This document shows, one piece after another, positions 12,201 to 22,611 of a stretch of DNA of 51,421 bases (positions are counted from its first letter, which is position 1; each line of letters opens with the position of its first letter). The stretch covers positions 1 to 51,421 of the forward strand of contig JAHFHX010000007.1 of the NCBI GenBank assembly GCA_023246655.1. The letters are read 5' to 3'. This DNA is from Candidatus Magasanikiibacteriota bacterium. GTDB taxonomy: Bacteria > Patescibacteriota > Patescibacteriia > Magasanikbacterales > GWA2-37-8. A model generated the notes under the pieces. That model worked only from the letters and a program-made list of their open reading frames with translations, did not search any database and had not been told where the DNA came from. The translations under genes and the position numbers were made by a program.

Positions 12201-15200
12201 ACAATTGTACGGAAAATGGTTCAGTAGCCTTGGATAGCGACAGCTTTCAACTCCGTACCGCGTTTGGCGGTGAGGGTGGTAGTCGGCAATATTTAGAAAT
12301 TAAACCACAAGTTACTCCTTGGGAGAATAACACCTGGTACCAAGTAGTTGTAACGGATGCCCTCAAATCAACGGGTGGGAAAGTTAACCTTACTATTGCC
12401 AAAGATAAGCCCTGTGGGAACGTTAAAAATTCCGCCTATTGCTTTGTGTTTAAAACCGACGATCAAGATTGTAAATTAAAGGCAGTGGTGGTAACCCCCT
12501 ATGCCTACTGGACACAGGTACTAGAACAACCAATTAAGTATCGGGTTTTGAATACCGTGTTTGGGGATCTTAATTATTTTGGAAATGGCTTGAGTACCCA
12601 ACATTGTATTCTCATGGATATGAGCGGATACGATTGGACTTGGGCAGCCGCCGATAAACAATACGCCGACATTTTTGGGCCAAACACCAAGCGACAAGCG
12701 CAAGCTTCAGCTTTGGCCAACACTGTTAACGTGGGCGTGCCCAACGACAGTGTTGATATTAAAGCAACCGCTAGTACCAATACTCCTGGTGGGTTAGTAA
12801 GTAAAACTGGGGTAAGCCCTTTGATAATTGATTTAAGTAAACCAGAAGTATTTGATTATTGGCCAAATTGTTTAGAAGCTTGTACGAATGCAGACGTAGG
12901 TGTTCAATTCACAACCCAAATGTCTAATGTGAATGTCAATTGGAATTCGGTGCGGCTATATAAATGTGTAGACGAAAATTGTTTTTCAACCGTTGAACTT
13001 AAAGCCAATGCCACGCCTTCTGTCCTTCAGGCCAACCGGTTTATTATTACCATTCCCCATGATGATTTCCAACCAAATAGTTTGTACAAGGTAAGTTTAT
13101 CCTCTACGAGTACCCCGGTAGTACAGTTGTGGTCCATGGGTAAACTCAATGATTTAAACAGTAAAGGTGCGCCGTATAAACAAGAGTTCAGCTGGCGGTT
13201 TCGCACTAAAAAGGAAGCCTGTAAGATTGATCGTTTAAGTATAGATCCCAAAGATTATCAGGCACGATTTTTGAATGATCGAGCGGTGTATACTGTGCAA
13301 CCATATTCAGCGCCCGATGCCTGTGCGGCGGCAGGGCAGCGTTTGAACCCCTGGGCGGTAAGTTGGGATTGGGTATCTTCCGACCCGGCCGTTGCGACTG
13401 TACAATCATTTAAGACCCAAGGCAAAAATAATCTTTGTACTGCCACTTGTGTAAAGCGAGGGAGCACCGTGCCCAGTGGTGTGGGTGTACTGTATCCGGT
13501 ATGTGGCAACGCTATAATTGAAGCAGGCGAAGATTGCGATAGCCCAGATAAAAGTAAGGGTTGTGGACTTGATTGTCGTTTCTTAGGAAATCAAGATCCC
13601 AAGACGTGTGGCGATGGTATCGTAGACCCAACCAAAGGTGAAGCTTGTGACCCTGGTGATGAAAAGACAAAGATTGCTTGTAGTAGTGATTGTCGTCATC
13701 TTGGTTCTACCTTTGCGCCACAATCTAAAGACGTAAATACGTCGATCTGTGGAAATGGTTTTATAGGTAGTGGCGAAGATTGTGATCTGGGCATTTCCCC
13801 CGATGTCACCACCCCGACGTCGTCTCTTGGTTGTTCCGATAAATGTGTACATTTTGGTACCCGTTTATCTACAAAGTGGTGTTATGACCATGGCGATAAG
13901 AACGGACAAGCTGGTGATTATGGTGGTTTTAGCAAAGTTGATTTTAATAAAATTTGTAGCCTTGCCTATAGTCAATGTGGAGATGGTATCGTGAGCCCAG
14001 ATGAGGACAAAGATTGCGATAAAGGGAATGGACAACACGAAAAGTGGTGTAATGATGTTTGTTTATATAATAGTAGTGATAAGAAACAGTGTACCCCAAA
14101 GGATGAAGGGTGTGATGCCAACGGTCAATACCTTGGTTCGTCGCTTTTGTATGCAACTCCTTCCGTGTGCGGTGATACTATAGTAGGAGTTGGGGAAGAT
14201 CCAGAATGCGAGAAGAATGTAACACAGGATCATGTTGGCCTTCTTGATCCTTGGAGCTTAGTAATTGGTGTTGGCCAAGGTAAACTCCAACCTAATAGTA
14301 AACCACCAGCACAACAAACCAATATTACTGCCAGTACTAATCAACAAACCAAGGGGGGAGGAACAGTAAGTGGCAGTGGAAAATTCTCTATTCCCTGTGG
14401 TTATACCACTGATGCCCAGTGTCAGGCATATTACAAGTCGTCGGATTATGGTGTCGGGGGTGATTCGTGTTGTTATCTTAAACCAAAATTGCAGACCGTA
14501 TTTCCGGTTGATAAGAGCACGAAGGTGTGTCCGAATACCTATATTGAGGCGGTGTTTAATAAACGAATTGATGAAGTGACGCTCAAAGGCAACCTGCTTA
14601 TTGCCCGCGGGCTTTTAGGAACCTCAAGCTCTTCGCCAACCCCGGTGTATAAAGGATTTATTGATAGTCAAAAAGATGCTCAAGTAAAATTAAGTGGCGC
14701 CACTGCAGTTGGAGTGATTGGTAAATATGCCTATGTGACAGCAGAATTAAGTAATGCCCTCGAAGTGGTTGACATTTCAAATCCAGCATCTCCAGCTCAT
14801 GTTACTGCCCTCCAAGGGCAAACGTTCATGAGCCCCACCGCAGTCGCGGTCGCTAGTCAGAGTTATTTGTATGTTGGAGCAGATAATACCTTTCAAATTA
14901 TTGATAGTAATATTGCTGATCAGACCAAACCTAAACTTCTAGGTGCTTTAAAGGACGGCGATGTCATTAACCAGCAAACCGCTCATTTAAAAGGGAGCTA
15001 TCATGGAATTGCTGTTGATGGTAACCAAGCTTATGTTACTTCATTTTTGAATGGAGGACTGGATGGAACATTACAAGTTATTGATGCTTCTGATAAAAAT
15101 AAACCGGTACCAGTTATTTCTTTCAGCAACCAAGATAAGGTTAACGGGCAAGCAATTAATTTGCCCGGAGCGCTTGCCATAACCGTAGCTAACGGGTATG

Positions 15201-18200
15201 CCTACGTCGTTGGTTATGGTGGGTATTTACAAATTATTGATGTGCACGATCCCGGGAAACCCCTCACCCTTGGTTCACTCGGTGGCTTAGGGGTTATATA
15301 TGGTACCCCGATAGTAGTAGGGGATATTGCTTATGTAGCATCCTATAGTTCTAATAAATTATGGATTATAAATGTTCAAGATAAAAATAAACCAGTGATT
15401 GTTGGTTCCTTGGCTAACGGCACTGATGGAAGTTACTTAAGTAACCCTACTGCCGTTCGCGTCCTTGGGAAATATGCCTTTATTATATCTAATGATGAAC
15501 AAAATAAGAGTGGTAGTGTTGGCTTAGAAATTGTTGATATTTCCAGCTCCACTCTTCCTCGTCATGTCATGGCGGTTCCTACCAAGAAGTCTCAGCCCTA
15601 TGGGGTGATGATTGCATCTGATTATGTTTATGTTACTGCGTATAGTGGCGGAGCACTCGAGATAATTGATGTGGCTGATTTTAACCCCTTAAATAGCAAC
15701 ACGTGTCTTGAGGATGTAACTAATTTAATTACTCAAGCCGGCGGTGATGTAGGAACATTTCCATGGTACAAACGTTGGCTATATTATGCAATTGCATTTT
15801 TGAAGAATGTATGGAGTAGCACGGCCGGTGCCGCTAATCCAGCTCCTTCGCGTTGGTGCGTTGTCGGTGATGTTGGCACCGCCCAGGTAGTACCACGAAC
15901 TACCACCACCTCCAGCGTTTTTGTTCGACTCACTCGGCCCTTAGCGTATGCTACGTCGTATGCCGTTATTCTTAAAGAAGGCATTCGTGATACCAACGGG
16001 GTCCGTATCGGAACCAGCACCATTCCTAATATTAAAAATATTAATTGGCGTTTCGAGACAGATAGCGCAATTTGTGAAGTAAAGGGGGCCAATATAGTTC
16101 CACCAGAAGTATTGTTCTCCCGGGTGGGCGCAAGCACTACTCTTGAGGCTAAAGCCACAACAGCCAACGGTGCTTTTATCCAATCTATTCCAGGCTTTTA
16201 CGCTTGGGATTATCTCTGGGGTCCACCAGACAACCCATTTGTCCAGGTCGCTGTTACCACGTCGAGCTTAGCTACTACGACTGCTAAAAATCGTAATGGT
16301 GAAATTGATGTGTGGGCCGCCGCCCGGATTACTAATAATATTTACACACCAACACAAGGAGTAGTGGCCACAGGGCGCTCTCATATAACAGTGCTGCTGT
16401 GTGAAAATCCGTGGCCGCCTAAAGATCTGTACTATAAAGGCCAGGGGCCGTTTACAATTTTGCCGTATGAAGACAGCGAAGTAAATAATGATGGCTATGA
16501 TACTGTTTCCGATACTTTTAGCAATATACCTATTTTGCCCTCTAAGGTAGTGACGGAACCAAAGAATGGCTATTTCCATTTTAGTACTTATTATTGTGCG
16601 GACAACGGCAGTGTAGGTACCTTTGACGATTTACCATATTTCCGATCGGTAGTTCAAGTAACCCCACAAGAATTAGAATATTCCACCAAGGGTACGTGCG
16701 AGGTGACAGGCAAAAGTTGTAGCAATGATGGAAATTGTGGCCAAGCATACTCCACTACCACGTATACTACCGATTATAATTTATTTATTGGTGATAAGGA
16801 CGGTGGCGTATGTGGTGGGACAGCGGCTGCTCCTCCAACAATAAGGTATTTTGCCGATAAAAATAATCAATCAATGGGGTGTAACTTTGCTATTGATTGT
16901 TTAGCACGCCAAGAATTTCAGGATTGGGCAGGCAAAAACAAATTAAGTCCAGATTGTTTTTCTGATGGTATTAAGACCGTTCTGCATTGCCAGAAATTTC
17001 AACCATTAAAACGCTGGCTGTTCACCAACAAAAATAATACCGATGTTATGGGAATTCAAGTTTTTGCTAATCCCAAGCATCTTTCGGCCGAGCAATGGTA
17101 TAAAAAGGAGAAAGTAGCTGGTGGACAAGGGTTCGCTGGGCAGGTAAGTTCGCTACAACTAGCTGGCTATAATGCGGTGAGTGATGGAAATAATGTGTAC
17201 ATTGATGCTTTAAATTACTCTACCACTACCGAGAGCCTCTTTAGCAACATTTATCTTTTTAGCATTAATAGTGACGCTCAAGCAGACACCCGGCAAGTAT
17301 TTGAACAGCTTTTAAAAAATCTTAAATTTAATACCAATCTTACTAACTTTGGATACTGTGGCCCTTCGATAGATAAACCACTATTCGAACAAACTTGTCG
17401 TACTGATATCGATTGCCCAGCCGGGCAAACGTGTTCAGCGCAGGTGGATAAATTGCTTCGCAACAATCAGCGGTTACATGATCTGCAAACTGTGGACCGA
17501 GCTTTAGAAAGTTATGTAAAGAATCAGAAGATTTATCCGAATCTCAAAGAAGGAACGTATCTCACCGGTCAAACCTTCAGCGTTTGGTCATCGTGGTCAG
17601 TGCTTGGTAATGCTCTGGGAACCGGCTTACCCACCGACCCAGTTAACCAGTTAGGAATGGCTGGAACTTGTGGTACCAGTACTCAATTTTTTGGAAAATT
17701 TTGTGTTCAAGATAGTGATTGCCCACAACTAAACAATGCTACTACAACGTGTGTACTACATGATCCAGCAACTGGCTGGAGCACCGCCGACCGTCGGTTT
17801 AGCTTTGCCTGTGCCTCCTCTTCCTACGCTTATCGGTACATTTTTTCTACCACTACTGGTTATACCTTCAAATCACACTTTGAAGATGCAGTACCGCTTA
17901 GCAAAGATAGTTTTACCGGGTTTATTAATGGTTTTGGTTTTTCTACTACAACACGATTTGGTTTAAGTGGTACCACCTTTCCAGCCAACATTTGCGCGGG
18001 AGATCAAGAAATTTCTACCCTTAATCAAGGCACCTGTGGTGATGGGCAAATTAACTGGGGGCGGGGAGAACAGTGTGATCCACCTGGGTATAAGCTGTAC
18101 GATAAAAGTACTTGTCAAAATAATCCCAACGGTTCCTATACAATTAAGGAATGTGATGCTACCTGTTTATGGAAAGCACCTCAGTCAATTGCTTGTAAAA

Positions 18201-21097
18201 ATTTGGCTAAATGTGGGAATGGTAAAATTGAACCAGGTGAGGTGTGTGATGATGGCAGGCTGAATGATACCTATAATCATTGCAATGCCCAGTGTACCGG
18301 ACTGGTTGCCCCCCAAGGTAACGGTTCGCCAGGATACTGTGGTGATAACAAAGTAAACCCTCAAAATGAGTTGTGTGACGTAGGCAATAAGATTTGTTTC
18401 GGTGGAATAAATGATAAACAACCATGCCAAAAGGCAGCTCAGTGTAATGAGGAGTTTACACTCAATAATCCACAAATTAATCAAGGAAAAACGAATTTGG
18501 CGGTGGTAATCTGTCAAATCGTCAACAATCCTCCGCCAGATTATAAATGCCAGGTGCTTGATTTTAATTTTCAATTTGGTTTGGCAACATTAGATCTTAG
18601 TTCGTGTAAAGGCAGTAATTGCGACTTGGCTTTTGATGCCCCGACCGCACAAATGTTTGGGTTAGGACAAGACGCTGTTAAAGTACCAGTGGAAGTTAAT
18701 TGGAGTAAATGTGCTTCAGATCCAGCCAAGGTCAAAAATGGGTTATTGTATGGCTACAACAAAAAAACTGATTCGTGCAATTTTGATTGCCAGTCCTACG
18801 GCCCGTATTGTGGTGATGGGGTAGTGCAAGATGAATTTGGTGAAGACTGTGATGGGAATCAATCATGTACTATCGATGGACATAACGGTCAGCGGTTATG
18901 TAATTTATGCTCAGCTACTGATGCGGCTACTCTGGTGGGATGGTGGAAATTAGATGAAAACAGTAAGATTTTTATTGATTCTTCCGGTAAAAATAATGTG
19001 GGCGGTTGCACGAATAACGATTGTCCTATCTTTATTGCTCAAGGTAAAACCCGAGGAGCTGCTCAATTCGATTCTAGCAGCTTTATTAAGATTGATCATT
19101 CGCCCTCCCTTGATTTTAAAACTGTGACAATTGAAGCGTGGGTCAAAACTGCTAAGGCTGGTTATCAGTCGGGAATTCATAGTTTCATTAAGAAACAAAA
19201 AGCACGATATGATGGAGCTAATCAACTTGATGATATTGATTTTCAGTTGGAGTATTATCATAATGTATCAAATGGCCAAATTACCGCCGTGCGCTTAGAC
19301 TCGGGAGTATTCGGTGGGGTGACGGCGGATTTAGTAACGCCGTTTGAACCTGGTGAATGGCACCACTTAGCTGTTACGATTGACGATCAAAAGCAAATTA
19401 AATTTTTTGCCGATGGCGAACTATTAACCAATGTTACTAGGGTATATCCGCTAGGGGGGAGCAGGCCAATAGCTAATGGGAATTTCCCTATTTTCATTGG
19501 TGGCCAGCTTGACGATGGTAGCGCTATTGATGAAGTGAAGATATATAACCGTGCCTTGGTGGCCGGGGAAATCAAAGATCATTTTGCTCATAATTGGGTA
19601 TGTCAAGTCAATGATCTTAAGGAATTGTCGGTTGCAACTCCAGGCACGTGTGGTGATGGTGTGGTGGATCAGAATACCGAGGTGTGTGATCGGGGAAAGG
19701 CCAATAATGGTATTGCTTGCGCACCATCCTATGGCAAATCTTGTTCCTACTGTTCAGTTGATTGCAAACATGTTATCGATGTGCAGCCCACGGAATATTG
19801 TGGGGATGGTACGATCAATGGTTCCGAAGTGTGTGACACGGATAATAGCGTAAGCCCAACGGTTCTTTATGCCCGGGATAAAGATACTACGAGTACTGAA
19901 CAAAATCTAACGAACCGTGGTTATAAAGTGCGTGCTTGTGTAGAAGAGCCTCAGCCATTTTATGTTAATAAGCTTAATCAGTCGTATAGCCAAACCTTTG
20001 CTAAGGGAACCAAAACCTGTGTTAATAATTGTTCAAAAATAATTGTTAAAGAAACCGGAACGAACAGTTGCGTGGTGTGCGGTATTGATCCGAACGGCGT
20101 TAGTATTAATGGTAATATTCTCAATGTGTTAGAGCCACAATCGAACGATCCGCTTTATATGGCCTTAGAAAAAGCTTATTTGGATATCATATCCCCCAAT
20201 ATTGCTATGGGGTTATTTCATGTGGAGAACCACGCAGTAACTAATGTCTCTTCCTTTATTAATTTAGATTATAAAACTCCCTCTACCTTCAATAGCAACA
20301 GTTTATGTTCTATTGGTACGCCACGGTATCAAGCTCTATTACAATATGATCCAAACCCCAGTCATATATTTGATTTCCCAATTGTCTCTAAACCGCAGCC
20401 TTGGCAGTATGATTTAATTCTTTCGCCGGTGATGAGCGCGGATGGTTTAAAAGATTCAAAAACCAACCCGCTCCCACAAAGCGCCACGCCGGATAACGTG
20501 CGCGTAGTCGTTAGTTGGCTCGGAGTCGGCGGAGCCGATTTTATTGGTGGTTTTGTAGGTTTCGACGCCCAACAAAATTCTTTTACCTACGAAGGTCCTA
20601 GTCTCATGCCGACACAAGGTACAAATTACTATACCCAGCCGCCGTCCAAAAAATTTAGTGATATTTGGTATCATGGTTTTGGTCAGACCGCGGGAGGCAT
20701 TAACGAAGCAGCCTTTACGGTTAATACAAAACAGATGCCGCTTGATTTTTATTCCTTTTACGTTCGTAGCCCGGGCTCCAATTTTCCCCTCAAAAAGTTT
20801 AAAAGTTTGGTAAAATTGAAGGTCGATATTTATCTACCTGACAATGATGGTGTGGTGCCTTTTAATCTATTCGCTCGACCGTACAAGACGTTTACTTTAG
20901 ATGCTGCTGATTTTTCGACCCAGAATCCAGCCGCTAATTATTGGCAAGTGTTCAACCTGGTGTTTGGTCAGGATCCTGGCCAGTGTATTCAACAAGGAAA
21001 TAGCATATTTTGTGAGCCTGGAAAGGACATATCATTAGTTAGACGAATCGTTCCGGTTAATAAGATTATTACTGCACCAGAAAGTTTTAGTCACTAA
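9278..21097 (+). CDS. Giant 3939-aa surface protein: pilin-like anchor, Ig-like and IPT/TIG domains, Myxococcus-type Cys-rich repeats, LVIVD propeller, GspG-like segment, LamG domain
   Basis: YAGYTWMTAAGNEEKIEQAKK; ISSVTPTQGSRGEYITIMGKNFG; CGNAIIEAGEDCD/CGDG repeats; LEVVDISNPASP; LVGWWKLDE..WHHLAVT..IDEVKIYNRAL. Confidence 0.88.
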   Translation: MKFIFAHMSQSKRLALITFLFTLVMGGVLIGATFAIAQEKPLDVGLTPIQPALGLAAFDIRIVVAKIIRAVLALLGLVALVLMLYAGYTWMTAAGNEEKIEQAKKILVNATIGLAIIFSSYAIVSFVIGKLVEATIQGQGGGGGGGGGNNPYFPRDAFYVDQLPAGGNVCIRNVHPVVVFNRNVVLDDGLQKNIIIEKVGEPGKAVPGTWSYADQKNTIIFAAQGDCGGGPADCFDASTTYRLIFKDVSQIKAEGSPDLLLNCSLKANCKNPVIFTTGEGVDRQPPTIKFDAPDPNTPLPLGPPVAVKISFTDDNGVQNIALRADGFFVGSQSIGGCQKSGSVTITWPTAFVGAGLHNLDSTGYDWAANKGTANVKVTLRPPHCFNGVRDEDETGLDCGGSCGSCGGDKCSQDSDCSSGYCEAGVCVNRMRITNVSPLSSAPGDYVTVSGLFFGTTTGKIYFASTSVPTAQDWVEAKLAQCIGAPKFNNWIPWQILVEAPGLSAGIKGPVRVVTASTTVNGVERKFTDQTNDNFGPVISDFTFTNQPRPSLCAAIPETAPPATSIALVGKNLGTLGGKSQILFGTSRATVNALTKNGLPNWTPNLINEVFVPLLGPSVVGIAAFNADGLESNGIRFIVQAGISADSPIISSVTPTQGSRGEYITIMGKNFGVVPGDILFDDQKNLPIKGNFSFPPVCGSSYWQDNQIVVKFDQERGVFGTTYVVRVQTATGKVSLPDSNYAFSLQPGQPGPGICRIDPVSGPVPLGVGQKLMLSGEYFGTDPVPYFWKLGADPKTTAGRSPGVKTTTSTRDGADEASTTPQLGAISGPVVISRTEDKKISNPVSFTANDCTKQDTCSTLGEYRCCSSGVDVGLCKLKSELCAGETRATAYVWRFSTQDIVAVPRVVERCNSATDEGKNIPTPAPNIQWDGINDNGDHHRVCRNAVATVEFSTTMDQNTVNNTTVLLKKCKDVTGNNCTENGSVALDSDSFQLRTAFGGEGGSRQYLEIKPQVTPWENNTWYQVVVTDALKSTGGKVNLTIAKDKPCGNVKNSAYCFVFKTDDQDCKLKAVVVTPYAYWTQVLEQPIKYRVLNTVFGDLNYFGNGLSTQHCILMDMSGYDWTWAAADKQYADIFGPNTKRQAQASALANTVNVGVPNDSVDIKATASTNTPGGLVSKTGVSPLIIDLSKPEVFDYWPNCLEACTNADVGVQFTTQMSNVNVNWNSVRLYKCVDENCFSTVELKANATPSVLQANRFIITIPHDDFQPNSLYKVSLSSTSTPVVQLWSMGKLNDLNSKGAPYKQEFSWRFRTKKEACKIDRLSIDPKDYQARFLNDRAVYTVQPYSAPDACAAAGQRLNPWAVSWDWVSSDPAVATVQSFKTQGKNNLCTATCVKRGSTVPSGVGVLYPVCGNAIIEAGEDCDSPDKSKGCGLDCRFLGNQDPKTCGDGIVDPTKGEACDPGDEKTKIACSSDCRHLGSTFAPQSKDVNTSICGNGFIGSGEDCDLGISPDVTTPTSSLGCSDKCVHFGTRLSTKWCYDHGDKNGQAGDYGGFSKVDFNKICSLAYSQCGDGIVSPDEDKDCDKGNGQHEKWCNDVCLYNSSDKKQCTPKDEGCDANGQYLGSSLLYATPSVCGDTIVGVGEDPECEKNVTQDHVGLLDPWSLVIGVGQGKLQPNSKPPAQQTNITASTNQQTKGGGTVSGSGKFSIPCGYTTDAQCQAYYKSSDYGVGGDSCCYLKPKLQTVFPVDKSTKVCPNTYIEAVFNKRIDEVTLKGNLLIARGLLGTSSSSPTPVYKGFIDSQKDAQVKLSGATAVGVIGKYAYVTAELSNALEVVDISNPASPAHVTALQGQTFMSPTAVAVASQSYLYVGADNTFQIIDSNIADQTKPKLLGALKDGDVINQQTAHLKGSYHGIAVDGNQAYVTSFLNGGLDGTLQVIDASDKNKPVPVISFSNQDKVNGQAINLPGALAITVANGYAYVVGYGGYLQIIDVHDPGKPLTLGSLGGLGVIYGTPIVVGDIAYVASYSSNKLWIINVQDKNKPVIVGSLANGTDGSYLSNPTAVRVLGKYAFIISNDEQNKSGSVGLEIVDISSSTLPRHVMAVPTKKSQPYGVMIASDYVYVTAYSGGALEIIDVADFNPLNSNTCLEDVTNLITQAGGDVGTFPWYKRWLYYAIAFLKNVWSSTAGAANPAPSRWCVVGDVGTAQVVPRTTTTSSVFVRLTRPLAYATSYAVILKEGIRDTNGVRIGTSTIPNIKNINWRFETDSAICEVKGANIVPPEVLFSRVGASTTLEAKATTANGAFIQSIPGFYAWDYLWGPPDNPFVQVAVTTSSLATTTAKNRNGEIDVWAAARITNNIYTPTQGVVATGRSHITVLLCENPWPPKDLYYKGQGPFTILPYEDSEVNNDGYDTVSDTFSNIPILPSKVVTEPKNGYFHFSTYYCADNGSVGTFDDLPYFRSVVQVTPQELEYSTKGTCEVTGKSCSNDGNCGQAYSTTTYTTDYNLFIGDKDGGVCGGTAAAPPTIRYFADKNNQSMGCNFAIDCLARQEFQDWAGKNKLSPDCFSDGIKTVLHCQKFQPLKRWLFTNKNNTDVMGIQVFANPKHLSAEQWYKKEKVAGGQGFAGQVSSLQLAGYNAVSDGNNVYIDALNYSTTTESLFSNIYLFSINSDAQADTRQVFEQLLKNLKFNTNLTNFGYCGPSIDKPLFEQTCRTDIDCPAGQTCSAQVDKLLRNNQRLHDLQTVDRALESYVKNQKIYPNLKEGTYLTGQTFSVWSSWSVLGNALGTGLPTDPVNQLGMAGTCGTSTQFFGKFCVQDSDCPQLNNATTTCVLHDPATGWSTADRRFSFACASSSYAYRYIFSTTTGYTFKSHFEDAVPLSKDSFTGFINGFGFSTTTRFGLSGTTFPANICAGDQEISTLNQGTCGDGQINWGRGEQCDPPGYKLYDKSTCQNNPNGSYTIKECDATCLWKAPQSIACKNLAKCGNGKIEPGEVCDDGRLNDTYNHCNAQCTGLVAPQGNGSPGYCGDNKVNPQNELCDVGNKICFGGINDKQPCQKAAQCNEEFTLNNPQINQGKTNLAVVICQIVNNPPPDYKCQVLDFNFQFGLATLDLSSCKGSNCDLAFDAPTAQMFGLGQDAVKVPVEVNWSKCASDPAKVKNGLLYGYNKKTDSCNFDCQSYGPYCGDGVVQDEFGEDCDGNQSCTIDGHNGQRLCNLCSATDAATLVGWWKLDENSKIFIDSSGKNNVGGCTNNDCPIFIAQGKTRGAAQFDSSSFIKIDHSPSLDFKTVTIEAWVKTAKAGYQSGIHSFIKKQKARYDGANQLDDIDFQLEYYHNVSNGQITAVRLDSGVFGGVTADLVTPFEPGEWHHLAVTIDDQKQIKFFADGELLTNVTRVYPLGGSRPIANGNFPIFIGGQLDDGSAIDEVKIYNRALVAGEIKDHFAHNWVCQVNDLKELSVATPGTCGDGVVDQNTEVCDRGKANNGIACAPSYGKSCSYCSVDCKHVIDVQPTEYCGDGTINGSEVCDTDNSVSPTVLYARDKDTTSTEQNLTNRGYKVRACVEEPQPFYVNKLNQSYSQTFAKGTKTCVNNCSKIIVKETGTNSCVVCGIDPNGVSINGNILNVLEPQSNDPLYMALEKAYLDIISPNIAMGLFHVENHAVTNVSSFINLDYKTPSTFNSNSLCSIGTPRYQALLQYDPNPSHIFDFPIVSKPQPWQYDLILSPVMSADGLKDSKTNPLPQSATPDNVRVVVSWLGVGGADFIGGFVGFDAQQNSFTYEGPSLMPTQGTNYYTQPPSKKFSDIWYHGFGQTAGGINEAAFTVNTKQMPLDFYSFYVRSPGSNFPLKKFKSLVKLKVDIYLPDNDGVVPFNLFARPYKTFTLDAADFSTQNPAANYWQVFNLVFGQDPGQCIQQGNSIFCEPGKDISLVRRIVPVNKIITAPESFSH

Positions 21098-21102
21098 TCA
21101 AT

Positions 21103-21528
21103 ATGAATAAAAGAACTTTGGTAATAGTTGTTGGAGTAGTGATAGTGGGCATCATCATTGCCATAATTGTTCAGCGACGGCACGGCCAGTCACCGGCTGT
21201 TCTCACAACAACCGCTGCTCCGACGGCAGACCCTCAAACACAACAAGCAAACCGAATCGCTCAAACTTTTCAGACCGCCCTTAAAATCGATCAAGATTTA
21301 GATGGGTTGAGTGATGAAGAAGAAAAAAAGTACGGTACCAGTCCAGCCTCTTCTGATACTGATCAGGATGGTTTGCTTGATAAAGACGAAGTAACTATTT
21401 TTAAGACTGATCCGCTTAAAACGGATACCTATGGCATTGGCCATCTGGATGGGTGGAGTGTACAGCGTGGTATTATTTTGCCTGATGGGAAAATTAATCA
21501 AGCGCAGTTGAATAAATTTAAAAAATAA
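21103..21528 (+). CDS. Membrane-anchored protein with bacterial TSP3-like Ca-binding repeats
   Basis: N-terminal TM; DQDLDGLSDEEE, DTDQDGLLDKDE. Confidence 0.8.
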   Translation: MNKRTLVIVVGVVIVGIIIAIIVQRRHGQSPAVLTTTAAPTADPQTQQANRIAQTFQTALKIDQDLDGLSDEEEKKYGTSPASSDTDQDGLLDKDEVTIFKTDPLKTDTYGIGHLDGWSVQRGIILPDGKINQAQLNKFKK

Positions 21529-21561
21529 TTTTTAATCTCTTTGAATTTTTGAACATACCTT

Positions 21562-21663
21562 TTGTCATCCCGAGCGAGGCTTCGCAGCCGACGAGGGATC
21601 TCTGTCCGGTTCGACAATTGGCCAAGTGAGCCAGAGATTCCTCCTTCGTCGTCGGAATGACAA
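21562..21663. repeat. GTCATCCCGAG...GGAATGAC palindromic element (REP/MITE-like)
   Basis: ttgtcatcccgagcgaggc...gagggatctct ... agagattcctc...ggaatgacaa. Confidence 0.85.
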
Positions 21664-21699
21664 TTGGGTTCCGTAATTCAAGGTAAACTTTATTCTCAT

Positions 21700-22578
21700 A
21701 TGTTTGAAAACCAACCTTCCAACCAAGCTCTACCACCAACCAATCTTCCTACCGAACCGGAAGATATGCTGGCTGGGGTCGAACAAGAACCAGCGGCCGG
21801 TTCAACTCCAGTCGAACCAACTAGTGCTATGCAGGCCGGGCTCCTTAAGAAAAAAATGCCATCCGTCAGCGCTATGGCTCCAGCGATTCCTGAAAGCATG
21901 AGTCCACCACTTGAAGAATTAACCGGAGTAATGATGAAAAAACCGGTAATTGGGAAAATTTTTATTGTTGTGGGGGTAATTTTAGTAATAAGTGTTATCG
22001 GTTTTGCGGGAGTTTGGTTTTTTGGACAGCGCAATAATTCGTCTTCCCCACTAACAGCGCCTCCAACTGTAACGGAACCAGAACCATCACCCCCTGCACC
22101 CGCAGCTCCAGCCCCTGAGGCAGCCGCACCCCAACCACCACCCGCGCCATTAACTGCAAGTAGTGCGGCTGATGTTGCTCTTAAAACGAAGAGTGACAAG
22201 ATCCTTTTTGGAGAACAAGTGGATGCTGATAAAGATGGAATTGCTGATTCCCACGAGCAAGAGTTAGGCACTAATCCAAATAATCCTGATACGGATCGCG
22301 ATGGTTTAACTGATGGTGAGGAAGTAGCTCAATATCATACCAATCCTCTTAATCCAGATAGTGATGGGGATGGGCTCAGCGATGGCGATGAAATAAAAAT
22401 ATGGCATACTGATCCATTGAATCCCGACACTGACCATGATGGCTATCCTGATGGTACAGAGGTGAAGAATGGTTATAATCCGTTAGGATCAGGGCGCATG
22501 CCATCAGGCAGTCCTTCCAGCACTGTTGTCACTAGTTCAGCAAAAAGTTCAGCTGCAGCCTCTTCATCGTTAAAATAG
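21700..22578 (+). CDS. Single-TM protein with Pro-rich linker and TSP3-like repeats
   Basis: DADKDGIADSHE, DTDRDGLTDGEE, DSDGDGLSDGDE, DTDHDGYPDGTEVKNGYNP. Confidence 0.85.
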   Translation: MFENQPSNQALPPTNLPTEPEDMLAGVEQEPAAGSTPVEPTSAMQAGLLKKKMPSVSAMAPAIPESMSPPLEELTGVMMKKPVIGKIFIVVGVILVISVIGFAGVWFFGQRNNSSSPLTAPPTVTEPEPSPPAPAAPAPEAAAPQPPPAPLTASSAADVALKTKSDKILFGEQVDADKDGIADSHEQELGTNPNNPDTDRDGLTDGEEVAQYHTNPLNPDSDGDGLSDGDEIKIWHTDPLNPDTDHDGYPDGTEVKNGYNPLGSGRMPSGSPSSTVVTSSAKSSAAASSSLK

Positions 22579-22611
22579 AAATCAATCATCATTGACGATT
22601 AAGTAAAGCGT

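Noticed and set aside
9278-21097. Diversity-generating retroelement target
   Set aside because: No reverse transcriptase or template/variable repeat pair seen
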